Notes under the pieces: generated by a model
Seen by the model: the letters and a program-made list of their open reading frames with translations, nothing else
The model's database searches: none
Told to the model about the DNA's origin: nothing
Made by a program: the position numbers and the translations under genes
Shown here: one piece after another, positions 1 to 14,439 of the stretch
How the letters are laid out: each line of letters opens with the position of its first letter
Numbering within the stretch: position 1 is the first letter of the stretch
Origin: Chrysomallon squamiferum
Lineage: Eukaryota; Animalia; Mollusca
DNA: 64,000 nt
Reading direction: 5' to 3'
NCBI GenBank assembly: GCA_012295275.1
Contig: CM022670.1
Location: 34,968,001 to 35,032,000 of the forward strand

Positions 1-62
1 TGATAATATTATGTATTTAATAATAAACTGAGCTTTTTTTGTAAAATGGATATATGTAACGG

Positions 63-120
<58 letters not shown>

Positions 121-563
121 GAACTGTTATTTAACCGAACTAGTACATTTACTTATATTTTATATTTCATAATAATGCCAACGCGTGAAATATAATATTA
201 AATATCATTCTCTTTTGTCACTGTTTAACTGTAATACATAATAGTGTATTTTTTGTCTAGCCGATGCAGACAGCCTGAATGAAACAACAAGGGTATTTCT
301 AATCCTACGTCTTGGGTGTTTTTGTGTCAGGTAAATTAACATGAATGACAGATAAAGGGTATGGTCAAAACGTGTTGACTGACAGATGTACACGATAACG
401 GGTCATTGTCGAATACTCGAGATATTGCATCAGTAGTAGAGACTGGATTGTTTGCCGGTGGTTGCGATAAAGGTAGGGTTGACTCGTGAAGAAAAAAAAA
501 CCTTATAATAATAATAATAATTAATTAATTTGTTTGCATATTTATGGTATATATTTCAGTGAA

Positions 564-1075
564 TTTAAGTTTAAGTTATAAAATTTAAGTTTAAATCAGG
601 TTTGAATTTGAGTTTAAGAGTTTAAGAGTGAGTGTAAGTATGTGTAAGTACGTTTAGGTATAGTTTTACGTTTAAATTGAAATTTAAGTTTAAGTTAGGT
701 TTAGGTTTAAGCTTAAATTTAAAATTTACGTTTAGATTTAGGTTCAGTTTTGTATATTTTTCTTCTTCTTCTTCTTTTTAGGTTTAGCTTTAAGCTCAAA
801 TTGAAATTTAAGTTTAAGTTAGGTTTAGGTTTAAGCTTAAATTGAAATTTAAGTTTAAGTTAGGTTTAGGTTTAAGCTTAAATTTAAATTTACGTTTATA
901 TTTAGGTTTAGTTTTGTATATTTTTCTTCTTTTTTTAGGTTTAAGTTCAAATTGAAACGTTAGTTTAGGTTAGGTTTAGTTAAATTTATATTTTCTTCTT
1001 CTTCTTTTTTTTAGGTTTAAATTTAAATTTACGTTTAGACTTAGGTTCAGTTTTGTATATTTTCTTTCTTCTTCT
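564..1075. repeat. Degenerate (TTTAGG/TTTAAG)n hexamer satellite with higher-order repeated blocks
   Basis: Runs of ttaggtttaggtttaagc and tttaagtttaag; the block 'aaattgaaatttaagtttaagttaggtttaggtttaagctta' recurs, as does 'gttttgtatatttttcttctt'. Confidence 0.8.
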
Positions 1076-1334
1076 TGTTTGTTGTTGTTGTTATTTTCTT
1101 GTTCTTCATAATTCTATTCTTCATCACTATTATCATTATTACTCATGTTTGGTATTGCTATTATGTAATGCCGTTCTATCGTCTCTCATTTATTGCTGTT
1201 GTCGTTGTAAGCGACGAATTGTATTTGCTTTTTGATTAATTGATTCTCCTCAACTCGTTTTGAGTTAACCATTTTCACTCAGACTTTGCCAAAATGTCTA
1301 AGGCAGCAACATTTTTTTTTTTAATTAAATAATT

Positions 1335-1335
1335 A

Positions 1336-1410
<75 letters not shown>

Positions 1411-1504
1411 TAATCAAAATAATAATAACAATAATAATAAAATAATAATAATAACAACAAAAATGATAATAATATAATCAAAATAATAATAACAATAATA
1501 ATAA

Positions 1505-1548
<44 letters not shown>
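1335..1548. repeat. (AAT)n microsatellite
   Basis: Long imperfect AAT array; explains the poly-I/L ORF 1275..1481. Confidence 0.95.
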
Positions 1549-1549
<1 letters not shown>

Positions 1550-1914
1550 CTTTAACAGATACAATAAAAAAAGAAACTAAATTTGATACAATTTTTTTTT
1601 TAAATTATAAACATAAAATATATATATATATACTGCAGGTACTAACACATCTTGCTGTTTATCAGAAGATACAGATTATTTGTTGTGAACATGTTTTAAC
1701 TTCTTCTGAGAAGTACTTAACCTCTGTTACAGATCTAAAGGTCAAAAAGACGTATGTACTTCACTCATGAACGATAAGATACTGACCCATATGTACAGCA
1801 ACTGTGTTTGGTGAACTCTGAATCAAAACAGATATATATATATATATATATATCCATTCGATATATCAGGTTTTCCATAAATCAGTACAATAGAGGATCT
1901 CCTCTGTGGGATTT

Positions 1915-2684
1915 TGTTTCAGGTTATTGTCGTGTTGAGGGGGTTTGTACTATTAACCAGTTTTGTTGTTAGAGGTTATTGCTGTGTTGTGGATCTGTAC
2001 CGTTAGTTAATTGTACTGTTCGCGTTTTTTGTTGTTGTTGTTTTTTTGGGGGGGTGTCTGTACGATTAGTTAACTTTATTGTTGAAGAAAACGTATTTTC
2101 TGTGGTTGTTTAGTATTAGATAATTATACTGTTCGCGGTTATTGTTGTGTTGTAGAATGTAACGTTAGTTAATTTTACTGTTAGGGATTCTGTTGTAGAA
2201 TATAACGTTCGTTAATTTTACTGTTAGGGTACTGTTGTGTTTGGGAATGTAACGTTAGTTAATTTTACTGTCAGGGGTACTTTTGTGTTTGGGAATGTAA
2301 CGTTAGTATAATTTACGGTTATGGGTACTTTTGTGTTGGGGAATGTAACGTTAGTTAATTTTACTGTTAGGGTACTGTTGTGTTGGGGAATGTAACATTA
2401 GTTGATTTTACTGTTAGGGATACTGTTGTGTTGAGGAATGTAACGTTAGTTGATTTTACTGTTATGGGTACTTTTATGTTTGGGAATGTAACGTTAGTTA
2501 ATTTTACTGTTAGGGTACTGTTGTGTTGGGGAATGTAACATTAGTTGATTTTACTGTTAGGGTACTGTTGTGTTGGGGAATGTAACATTAGTTGATTTTA
2601 CTGTTAGGGATACTGTTGTGTTGAGGAATGTAACGTTAGTTAATTTTACTGTTAGGGTACTGTTGTGTTGGGGCTATGAAACGT

Positions 2685-2686
<2 letters not shown>
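1915..2686. repeat. ~47-bp tandem minisatellite, roughly 15 units, degenerate at the 5' side
   Basis: Unit approx gggaatgtaacgttagttaattttactgttagggtactgttgtgttg repeated head-to-tail; runs directly into an (AG)n tract at 2686-2772. Confidence 0.9.
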
Positions 2687-2775
<89 letters not shown>

Positions 2776-2839
2776 ACATTGTCAGCATATCTGGATTACG
2801 TTTCCCAACTCCACATGGCGTCTATATATATCTATATCT

Positions 2840-2870
<31 letters not shown>

Positions 2871-3176
2871 TATATATAGGTGCAACATCAAATTTCCCAT
2901 CAGATAACGTTCAGCGATTAACAGATGGTTCCCTCCATCACAACACCTGTAGGTCACATAATTTATTGTTATGATAAAACTAAATTAATTATGAATGAAT
3001 TGCATTCTTATGAATGTTTTGAAAGATGGCCAATACATGGCATATTTTGATAGTGAACTGTCACAGTTTATAGTGCTTTGTCCAATTCTAAATACAGAAT
3101 ATTGTTTCTAATCTGTCAGTTATATTCTGTATGTGTATATCTATATAAATGTGCTCTCTTTCTCCTTCCATCCATT

Positions 3177-3254
<78 letters not shown>

Positions 3255-3258
<4 letters not shown>

Positions 3259-3393
3259 AAAACAAATGTCAAACGATTAAAACAAGCAAGGCTGGACGGT
3301 TGGAAAACGAAAGAGTTCTCGATTTTACGACGAAATTAACAAACACGGTTATCTAACTTTAGATTTAACCGAGATTTAAGACAACGCACACCA
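3255..3393 (+). promoter_or_regulatory. Probable non-coding first exon of the SLC7 gene, downstream of a (CT)n tract
   Basis: CpG-enriched stretch after (CT)n 3179-3255, ending in the strong donor CCA|gtaagt at 3393/3394. A plausible acceptor ttgattacag| precedes 5311. The TSS is not determinable. Confidence 0.5.
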
Positions 3394-5119
3394 GTAAGTA
3401 ATATTCTGTAAGTCATACATTTATAAACAAAACACTTATAACCGACAACCGTTGCATGTAATAACTGGATATGGCATTAGAGATACAACCGACCTCTTTA
3501 TAAATGGTAATTAAAACCTTTATACAAACATAGCTTTTATCTCGCGGTCTGTATTAAGTATCATGAATTAGCATTTTAGTTTATGATGACTGAATAGGCC
3601 TGTAAACCACACACGTGTATGGAATGAATAAATGAATGTTTACAGATCTTTTGATTAGAAAATGTCTGGTATTCGTTTAGAACAAAAGTAGTGTTTTGTC
3701 AAACGTCGATTTCCCGTGAAAAAAAAATATGAGATGATGAAACCCGGTATATACGAGTTCATATATGTTTTATTGCCATAGTTATTATTATCTTAAATTC
3801 ATTCATTTCATTTTTAATATTAATGGTTAGTTAAGCGTTACATGTACAGTTGTAATAAGAAATTAAAAACCTATTGTTGTCGCTCCGATATAGATTCAAA
3901 GCAAGAGATCTTTTATAATAACAACCTCCTCATAGAGTGAAGAAGAAAAAAATAGTCGCTGGAAGAAGTAATACTTCAGCGTTTCCGTTACTATGTTCGA
4001 TACCGAAACTAACCGCATTTCAATTCTAACTTCTAACCATTGAACTAAAGTCTAATTTTATTTGATTTGATTTGATTTTTTATTTAAAAAAAATAATAAT
4101 AATAAAATAAAATAAAAAATGAATTATTGAACTGAGAATAATAATAAATCATGGAAGCAAAACCTCTTGTCCTCATAATTTATGTGGTTCGTAACTGAGT
4201 GGATTTTATTTCGTTTAATATTTATTCTAATCGGCTTTCCCGGCATAATTCGAATGACTCACCAATGTCAAGTGTTGGTTCCTTAGAGATCGGGTCGCAC
4301 GCATTGTTGTAAAATAAGCTTAATTATGTTTATCACAACATCTAGCAAGTCCCAGCAGCACTAGCAGTATAAACTCAGTAAGTAGTTCGTAGAACATTAA
4401 AAACTATTTTATTTATCTGTGAAAGATGTATAAAACGCCTAAGAAAGTAGCCTACAATATCTGTATAATTATGTAATTATTGATATAATTCTATGTGTTA
4501 TTCTATCTCATCGTATATAAGTTTGAGTTGGGGTTTTTTCGGAGCATGTTTAGAACATAGAGAGTGAACTTTCTAGGAAATGTATGATTGGGATAACTGA
4601 AAAATATTCTTCCTCAGGAAAAAAAAAAAAAAAAGAAGGAAAGAAACAAGAAAAGACAAATTCTTTTTCTCTGAGTACCATCAACCCTGCAGTTTACACC
4701 GTTTCGTACAGTGATATATAACTTGTAATGGACGATGAACATCGCAAACTGCAACGATAAACATTTGCACACAACAGACATTCGCTAAATCTGAAGCAGT
4801 TTTTAAAATCTACTGATGATATGGATTATACATCGTGTCTGCTTTTCTGTGTTTCACTTACTTTTCTATTCTTTTTTAAACTGTCTTAGTTATCATCTAA
4901 TTGTCCAGCTAACATATGAATTGCCACACATAAAACAGAATGGACATGTATTTTTATATCCAATACTATAATTGTTTCAAGATTTGAAAAATTAGTTTTC
5001 AAAACATACTTTGGTAATAACAGTAACTCGAATATGCTGAAATTGTGTTACCCAAGTGAACTATGATGTAATTGCATTAGTCTGATCCTTGAAATAATAC
5101 TGTACTTTAAGACAATATA

Positions 5120-5163
<44 letters not shown>

Positions 5164-5728
5164 ATAATCTTTGTAGGGATGTATGTTAACATATTTCCTA
5201 GATATTTCTTGATATTATGGTTACATTTTATTAACAGAAAAAAACCTATGTAGTCTTTGTTTTAACAGAATATCGTAAACATGTGTTCTGCTTTTTATAT
5301 TTGATTACAGATACCGATTCATTCGGAACTCGAAGCTCTTGGAAATTATTAACGAAACCTTTCCAGCAAGGATTTCCACAAGGGACATAACTCTTTTGTT
5401 GGGAGTATTGGCGGTAGGTTTCGTCATCACTTCTGTCTTGTTGTGCAATAGAAAAACATACTCTAAGGAATTTCGGCGAAGATAAGTTTGTTTTCTGGTG
5501 TGTACAGATAATTCAGCGCCGGTTAGTTAAAAAAAACGGTTTTCATATCTGAGCTGCATTGTTTTCCTTGCCTGACCAGACATTCGCGAAACCGAGGAAA
5601 CACGTGGCTACTTGAGTACCTCGAGCCTTTGTGTTAACACTAACAGAACAGCGAGATCTTAGAATTCCTGAACTGAATTCATTTGTACAGATCGGCGTTG
5701 CCAACACACCAGTGTCAAACATATCAAA

Positions 5729-6754
5729 ATGCCGGAACCAGTGATCGCAGGAAAAGTGGAACTCAAGAAACAAATTACTTTGTTTCAAGGAGTAGCCATA
5801 ATAGTTGGTATTATTATTGGTTCAGGAATTTTTGTTTCGCCTGTGGGAATTTTAATGCACACAAAATCAGTAGGATCTTCGCTGATAATGTGGGCTGTGT
5901 GTGGAGTTTACAACACGCTGTGTGCCCTCTGTTACGCAGAATTAGGGGCGTCGATGCCCGAATCAGGAGGCGAATATATTTACATCAAGCGAGCGTTCGG
6001 AGATTACCCAGCATTTGTTTGTTTATGGATTAACTTTCTGCTCATTTGTCCCGTGGGTGTAGCTGCACTAAGTCTTATTGCGTCTCTGTACCTGATTCAA
6101 CCTCTCTTTCCAGACTGTGATGTGCCACCGTTGGCTCAAAGACTGATTGCAGTTTGCATAATATGTAAGTATTATAACGAAAACATTCACTGTCGTAGAC
6201 ATGCTTCATAACAGCTTGCTCTGATTAGAACATTATTTTTTTTTTTTTTTTTTTTGTCTGTCTGTCTGTCTGTCTCAGGATGTTAATAATGAATTATTTA
6301 TGTTTGACATAAAATAAACATGGCATGGGATGGTACAAGATAGTAATGCCATGATGTTATTACCACATATATATCATACTCATTTCTATTTATTACACAT
6401 CAAAAGATTAGTATTAAATTTTAAAAATGTAAAAAAAAAAAAAAAAATTTAAAATTACTATTCAGACTTGATCCAATGAACCACCAAGAAGAAGGAATTG
6501 TCAACCAAATAAACTTGTTATATACTGTATGTTCATATACACTGTGATATATAACTATGTAAATATTTATAGTTTAGGTACTTTCCAAGAACTGAAGACC
6601 ATTAACAGTAATAGTAGTAGTAATAATAATAATAATAATAATAATAATTATGTGACCTCCAACATAAGTGAAATCCTGACAGGTTCCTAACTGATATAAA
6701 TTTGATTCCTGATACATTTTTCAATAATAATAATAATGTTTAATAATTAAGAAA

Positions 6755-6800
<46 letters not shown>

Positions 6801-7305
6801 GTAGTATTAATAATGTGAAAAACAGACATGGTGTGCAGTTAAAATACCTTCTGCATAGCTAAATTAAAAAATGTTGCACTAAAAAGCAGATTGAAATTAT
6901 GTTTATATATACAGAATGATGTGATTGTCTTTAACAAACATATTATATAATGTTCGAGTTAGAATTAAGTAAAACAGGATTTCCCCTTTTCTATAAATAG
7001 TTTGGTGTTTGTTTTATTATAGGGGGTTTTCCTTAAGCAATGTGTTAAGAGTTGAGATATCAGTTTGAATAAACTGTAAACAAACATGTTCGCTGATTAT
7101 CAATAGGCTTAATTTTTTTCTTCTTTATTTTATTTTTAAAGTTGTGTTTTTTTTATTATTAATAAAGTTATTATTATTATTAGTAGTAGTAGTAGTATTT
7201 ATTTATTTAATTTGTGTGTGTGTGTGATACATAATACAATATGTACAACATTGAAACTGTGTAAATGCCTACTTGTTTCCATTCAAGAATAATAATGGGA
7301 TGATG

Positions 7306-7381
<76 letters not shown>

Positions 7382-10300
7382 CACAGTTTTTTCCCATTGC
7401 CAGTGTTTAACTGTTAAGAATGTTTTTATTTCTGAAAAAAACTATTTCCTGTTTTCATCAGATTTTGAATAAAGATGGATACTATATGTTTTTGGAATAA
7501 AAACCTAGCTAAGGTGTCCATCTGTAACTAATTAAATATCTTTGAATGTTTTATATATAGCTTTTATCAAGTTGGTGATGTGTCACTTATTACATTACAG
7601 AAAAATTACCACATTAGTTTGTCCAGAGCCCATGTTGTTATTGTTGTTTTTATTACTATTATTATTATTATTATTATTACTACTACTACTATTACTACTA
7701 CTATTAATATTATCAATTATTATTATTATTATAACTACTACTTTAATTATACTATTATTATTATTATTATACAGATATATTTTAAATGTTGACTTATGAA
7801 GTAAAAAAAAAAGTATCATGCATTTTACTTTTTTAAACTCTTTCACTATCTCACTTTTACTAGTTTTATGCAATAGTCTTAGTCAGGATATATATATAAT
7901 AAATTTTTTTTTAAAAATAATATTCTGTAACATTGCAAGATTTAATTTCTAATTTTTACTGTGTCTTCCATAAGGTTTTCTCATTGCTGTAAACATGAGA
8001 AATGTCAAGTGGGCTACAAGACTGCAGGTTTTTATAACAAGCTGCAAACTGGTAGCATTGGCCATCATCATCATCATAGGATTTATCTATTTTGGAAAAG
8101 GTAATCTTAATACAGATACGATAACATTAACAATTATCAGAAACAGAGAAACATTCTCAAAACTGAACAGTGCTGGTATCGAGTAAGAAGTTTTGATTTG
8201 AGGAATGTTTGGTTTACAGAGGTTTCACATTTAAGTACTTGATAAATCATGGATACTTCCAGAAATTGTTCAGTTTTGGAGAATCACAGTTTAATCTATG
8301 TTACTCTGAAAGATTTGGTTTCATGAAAATAAATAAATGAAATACAGAATATGGATTATTACAAACAAACAAAACTTAAAATAAAAATAAATTTTTGTTA
8401 AATATTGATTTAGAAAAACAGAAAATCCCATTTGTTACTGTTAACATTACTGTTACATGAGAAGTTTCTAATTAGCATAATTTATTTATCTGAATATTAC
8501 ACAAGAGAAAATTAATCATTGTCATGTTTTAATTAAGTCCATATCAAATTACTTTTTCTGTTGTGGAATTCATAGTTCCTGACAGATTATTATTTTTTAA
8601 TCTCTTTTTTTATTTATATATATATATTTTTTTTTTTTTATTAACATTGGAATATAGTAAGAATTTGAAAGACTGTATTATTATATTATTATTATCATTG
8701 TTATCACTATTATTGTTATTGTGTTTATTTTTTTATTAATATATATATATTTTTTGCATATTTTTTTACTTATTTATTGATTTATTTGAAAATATAAAGA
8801 CTTATTTGCTAACTCTGGACTTAGTGCTTACTTGCTTACTTACTTACTTGTTTATTTATTTTTAGGAAGTACTGACAACTTTCAGAACTCATTTGAGGGT
8901 ACAGATTACTCTGCTGGGGCTCTGGCTTTGTCATTCTACTCAGGCTTTTGGGCTTACAGTGGATGGTAAAGTTCATCACATTTTATCCCGTTCTACACAT
9001 AACACCAGCACAATACAATTATTTCAGATCAAGTGATAAGAAAAAACAAAAAACAACTGTGTTCATTTATATAATTTTCAGAAAAACTGTTAGATTCTTA
9101 AAACTAATGAAAAATTTAAATTATATCAAAAAAAATAATAATAATAATAATAATATAGTGTACATATTATTTTAATTATTTTGGTTTAATGAGGATATCT
9201 TAAATCTGAAATATTTGGAACCAGAAATGTTTCATATTCAGAATTTGTTCAGACTTTGGAATATAAGGAGATAGTCTGAGCATAAGAAATCCAAATTTAA
9301 AGAAATCCATACTGATTTTAAAAACAGATATATATTAGATATATTACAGTTTATAAATACATACTAAACCAATCAAAAACTAAGATATGACAATTTCATT
9401 TGCTGTGAAAGATTTTTGTTGTTTGTTGGATTTCAAAGTCTTACACAAGATCCTCAACCTGTACTGAAACATAAGTCACTAAATAAGACAAAATGTCTTG
9501 ATTCATTCAAATAGCATTCTTGGCTACATTTTCCTAATACATTACTAAATATAATTATAAAGCAGTTTTCACATTAAGAATAAGACAGATCGTGGTAACA
9601 AAACAAGCTGTAAAATAATTACATAAATTTTATCTGTCTGTCTCAAAAATTAATATATCAGAAGACTGTCAAAAAGAGACATAAAACTGTTAACTGGTAA
9701 AATTTATTACAGTTGATAACAGTTTTTTAATGCCTCTAGGAATGTTTTATATGCACGACTGCGTTGTTTACATGTTTTCAGTGTTTCTGTATTTGTTTTT
9801 TTATACAGGAGTTACTTGAGTTTTCTGACAGGAGAGTTAGTGAATCCAAACAGGTGTGTCTTATTTAAAAAAAAAAATATATATATATTACAACCATCTT
9901 ATTTTTGTTTTAATTTTTGTTTATATTTTTGTTGTTTTTGTTTTTGTTTTTGTTTTTTAAATTTAATTTAAATTTTTAAAAAAAAATTTTTTTTTTAAAT
10001 ACCAACTTATGTATTCCACAGTGCCCAGAATGATTAAATTATTAAAGTTAATTATTCTTTATTTATAACTATCAAGGATAATTGTTAGTATTATTCATTC
10101 CATCTTCATGTCACCCCAGCCTATGTGTTTTCATTTATTTCTTTTTATTTAAAAAAAAAAAAAAAAAAAAATTAATTATTAATACATTCAAATGAGTTGA
10201 TGTTTACATCTGTGTTTTGTTCTAGCCTTTGATGTGATAATAGTGATGACTTTTTTTTTTTTTTTTTACTTTTGTGAACAATTTATTAATGTCACCCCAC

Positions 10301-13300
10301 GTAAAAGTGCTATGTTTTCAGTCACCACCTAAATCCATTCAAGATCTTTGATCCTGAAAACAAAAAAAATCCACTTCTTATAGCATGTGTCACAGGTCAT
10401 CTAACTCAATCGCGTGTTACCTGTAATTAACATGTCGACACGCAAGAAAATCATAACCCTGCAACAGGCATAACACTCTTCCCCAAAATAGCACTAATCA
10501 CATATACACACACACCTGCTTGTATCGGGTAGATAGCTACCCGATTTGGCTGAGTTCTGTGGGTGTTCAGGGAAACAAGGTCACATGCATGTATTTATAT
10601 TCAGCCAACATTAAATCACTAGATTAGTTTTAAAGAATGTATGTATGTATTATATGATCACATAAAAGTTATTTATCGAGTAAGCTTACAGTTTTATGTG
10701 TGAACATATGGGTGATATTAAATAGGTTTATCCTTACAGGAAAAGTAGTACACCTCAGTATGTATTTGAATGTGAAAGTATATCAAAACAAGGTGCTGCT
10801 TAGCAGGATACTGACGTAACAGTCAGTTAACAATAACACTACTGTGGTCTCATTGCTTTCAACACTGATGGTTGGTGTTGAGCTCAGATTCCCACTGTTC
10901 TCACTTACTGTTTTTAGAGATAACAGCCTGCAGTTTACTTTAATCAGTCTGATGTCAGATTACCAGCTATTCTCCAAAATAATGGTTATACAACTTCAAT
11001 TGTTTAAATACAGCTGTAAAAACTGATAGTAACTAAGTCCAGCAGACAGTTATCCTCACTCTCTCCTGTACAGTGTAAAATTGATTTCCCCCCCCCACTC
11101 AAAATATGACCTGCTTTTATTGCCTAGGAAAGAACACAAAGGGGGTCTTTTAATGATTCTAGAAAAGAAAAAAAAACATCACAATTTTTCATTAAGATTA
11201 AGAAATATATTAGAAATGAAAGACAGATTAAATGCATTTTGTCAGAGTTTGGTGTTAATGTTCTTTGATTTTAATGTTAGTCGTTTAGGCAGATGTTCCA
11301 CCCAGTACCATGAAGAAATTCTGTCAATTACAACTAGATTTTCTGATGCATTTCCACCACAACTTTGTTTTGTGAGTTGCTTGTTTGGTGTACGTGAACC
11401 TCTCTTAACAGATTTTGTTACCACCCTTATTGCTATAAATAACTTCCATATTAAACATACTTCTAGAACAAGCTGGAGAATATATAGTGAAACACATATT
11501 AACCTGGAACATTTTATATATCATTTACAATAGGAAACCCTTAGTTTAACCCTCCTAATCAGTAAGCTAGACCTAATCCTGCCTAACTGATACTAATTAA
11601 TAAATGTAACAAGTCACCACCCCTGCACAATATGAAGCCTCTTTCTTTAATCTAGCTTAACAATTACCCCATGCAGACTATGATGCCACATTCAATACTC
11701 TACAAACCCATAAATTTTATGACTTTTTTCCTGAGATTTTTTTCCTATACCAAATTGTGACTTTCTTTCCAGCCACCCTTTAAACATTTGTGTCTTAGGC
11801 TGGTGCTGAAATAGGTTTGGTAATCATGCAGACACTAGTGGGTCTCACAAAACAATGTTTCACCATGGCTTATATAATTCTTAAGCAAATCAAACATCTA
11901 TTATATATTAAGAGAAGTCTATCGTCCCTGTCACACTTGGCTTATATAATTCTTAAGGGTTACATATTTAAGAAGAGACTTTCATCTCTGTCACAGCATG
12001 ATACAAAGAAGTGCCAAAATTTACATACCACTTTATATATAATTTTTCACATCAGTTGATAAGAACAGGCTAAATCTGAATATGAGTTTTCCAGAAATGT
12101 ATATTTATTTTTGTTTTAATACTACAGTATACAATATTTTGACAAATCTTTTATTTTCAGAAATCTTCCACTTGCTATCATGATTTCCATGATAATTGTG
12201 ATATGTGTGTATCTTGTTGCTAATGTGGCCTACCTAGCGGTACTTTCACCTGTGATGATGTTGCAGTCGACTGCTGTTGCTGTGGTAAGCACACTGTCAC
12301 TGTAGTTTGTGTGTGTGTGTTACGTTTTTGTTATGACTTGTTAAGAAAGAATATCTTTCACGTTTATCAATACCTAAATGAATTCTTTGCACTGAAAACA
12401 CCATACTTCATTTGCAGAATTTGAAATAAATAGATATATTACAGTACTGGTTTATTTACAGTTTATTGCCTGAACCTGTAATTAGCTGTGGAATAAATGT
12501 TTATGTTAATTGTAAATCGTTATTATTGTTAATACTGTACTATGTGACAGGCTGTATTAATTACATTAATTACATTAATTAACACAGCATGTCAGTTGTT
12601 AATTATGTTAAATTATGCTCATTTAAACTCAGTTAAGTTTACCAGCTGTTCTACAAATTGTTTTTTTTTATAATACAATAAGTAGGTTATATGATATATT
12701 TAATTAAGTTATATTCTGTTAGTCAAAAATAATTTAATAAATACTTCTTGTCTAATTAAATTTTTATCTGTCACTGTTAGTTTTTTGCAATTTTTTTATT
12801 TTTTTTTTTAAATATATTTTCAAGTTTAATTAATAGGTCATATCTAATTATGATAGTTAATCCAGGGTACCATCTTTTAGTCAGAGAAATTTAATTACTT
12901 TATTTTAAACTTGTTTATTATAAGCTTCCACTGGACAACAGTGTATATAACTCTTACCCCAGTTTACAGTAAACTGTTGGCATAGTATGCCTAGATTTAT
13001 TTCCCCTTAAACCACTAATGATAAATTTCTGGTGGCAGTGCTGCCAAAAAAAAAAAAAATACACTGTGCTGTTGTTTCTTAAGTTTCATTTTAACTTCAG
13101 CTTTGAATTTGGGGTCAAACTAATTTTGAAACCATTTTGTAGAAATGGCATTAGCTTTTTAATGTTAAATGTAATAAAATTCACAGAAACTGTTTAGATC
13201 CTGAGAAATCTTATATCTGCCTCGTTTTGATGAAATAAAATTCATAAATCACATTTTGGTCCAACTTATGTTTTTTTTGTGTGTTTTTTAAGGTAAATAA

Positions 13301-13973
13301 AATGTTATTTGTTAATATTTTCAGAACAGGGGCACATTTCAAATCTGCTTATTCGTGTTATAATCATTTCTTCTTTATTATATTTTTTTTAAATTATAAA
13401 TTCAGACCTTTGCCAGGTACACAATGGGAGTGATGGAATGGCTCATGCCAATTCTCATAGCTATATCAGTCTGTGGAACAATGAATGGAACCGCACTTTC
13501 TATGTCCAGGTAACAGATGTGTGTTTCATAAATTACACATTTTTATTTAGATAAAACTGTTTTTATTGATATTCTTTATTTACTGTTTGTATGCTCAAAC
13601 ATGCACATGTAGGTGAAAAGAGTCAGAAACTACAAATTGTATCATTTTGGGCACGCTAATTTATTACTCATTTGATCTTTATTTTGTTTGTTTGTTCTTT
13701 TTAAAAATAAAATTAGTAGCAGTTTTCTTTTAAAAATAAATTTAAATAATTTTATCATGTCTTTGGGACACACCAGTATTCTGACACACACATATTTGGA
13801 CTTGCATACAGAGTTTCTCTTAATGACACCTGGCCACATTTTATACCATACCTGTGTTTAAGATAATTATATATTATTGATTAGTTAATACTTAAAAAAA
13901 GGGGAAAAAAAGGAAAAAAACAAATAAAAAAAATAAAAAAAAAATAAATAAAAAGTAAAATAAATAAAATATA

Positions 13974-14006
<33 letters not shown>

Positions 14007-14365
14007 AAAATCTTTTCTGTTAAACAGCTATATCTAATGAAAAATAAATACAGTTGTTTATTTAGACATGATCATTACTGCTGTTACACTGATCTTACTC
14101 AGTATTACTCACTAATCTCTTTTCTTAATGTTCTTTTCAGATTGTTCTTTATTGGAGCTCAAAATAATCACATGCCTCTGTTCATGTCGATGATTCATTC
14201 CACATTCTTAACCCCAGCTGCATCTCTTCTCGTCATTGTAAGTATTGTTCAGCTTCCTGCCTTTTAGTTTTGAGACAAGTTTTTGTAACAGTTAACTTGT
14301 ACTTAGTGAAAATCATTTTCAAAATACAGGTATTGCCTGTAAGCAACATCTGTAATTTGATGACT

Positions 14366-14439
<74 letters not shown>

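Noticed and set aside
1915-2686. Regularly spaced repeat that could be mistaken for a CRISPR array
   Set aside because: No unique spacers, no cas genes, eukaryotic context.
2570-3356. ORFs with ER, IS and SL dipeptide runs
   Set aside because: Translations of the minisatellite, (AG)n, (ATATCT)n and (CT)n.
5543-6033. Overlapping alternative-frame and antisense ORFs at the first SLC7 coding exon
   Set aside because: Shadow ORFs of a GC-richer coding exon with non-ATG starts.
11081-11533. 150-aa intronic ORF
   Set aside because: TTG start, no recognisable motif, and not needed for the phase-consistent SLC7 model.
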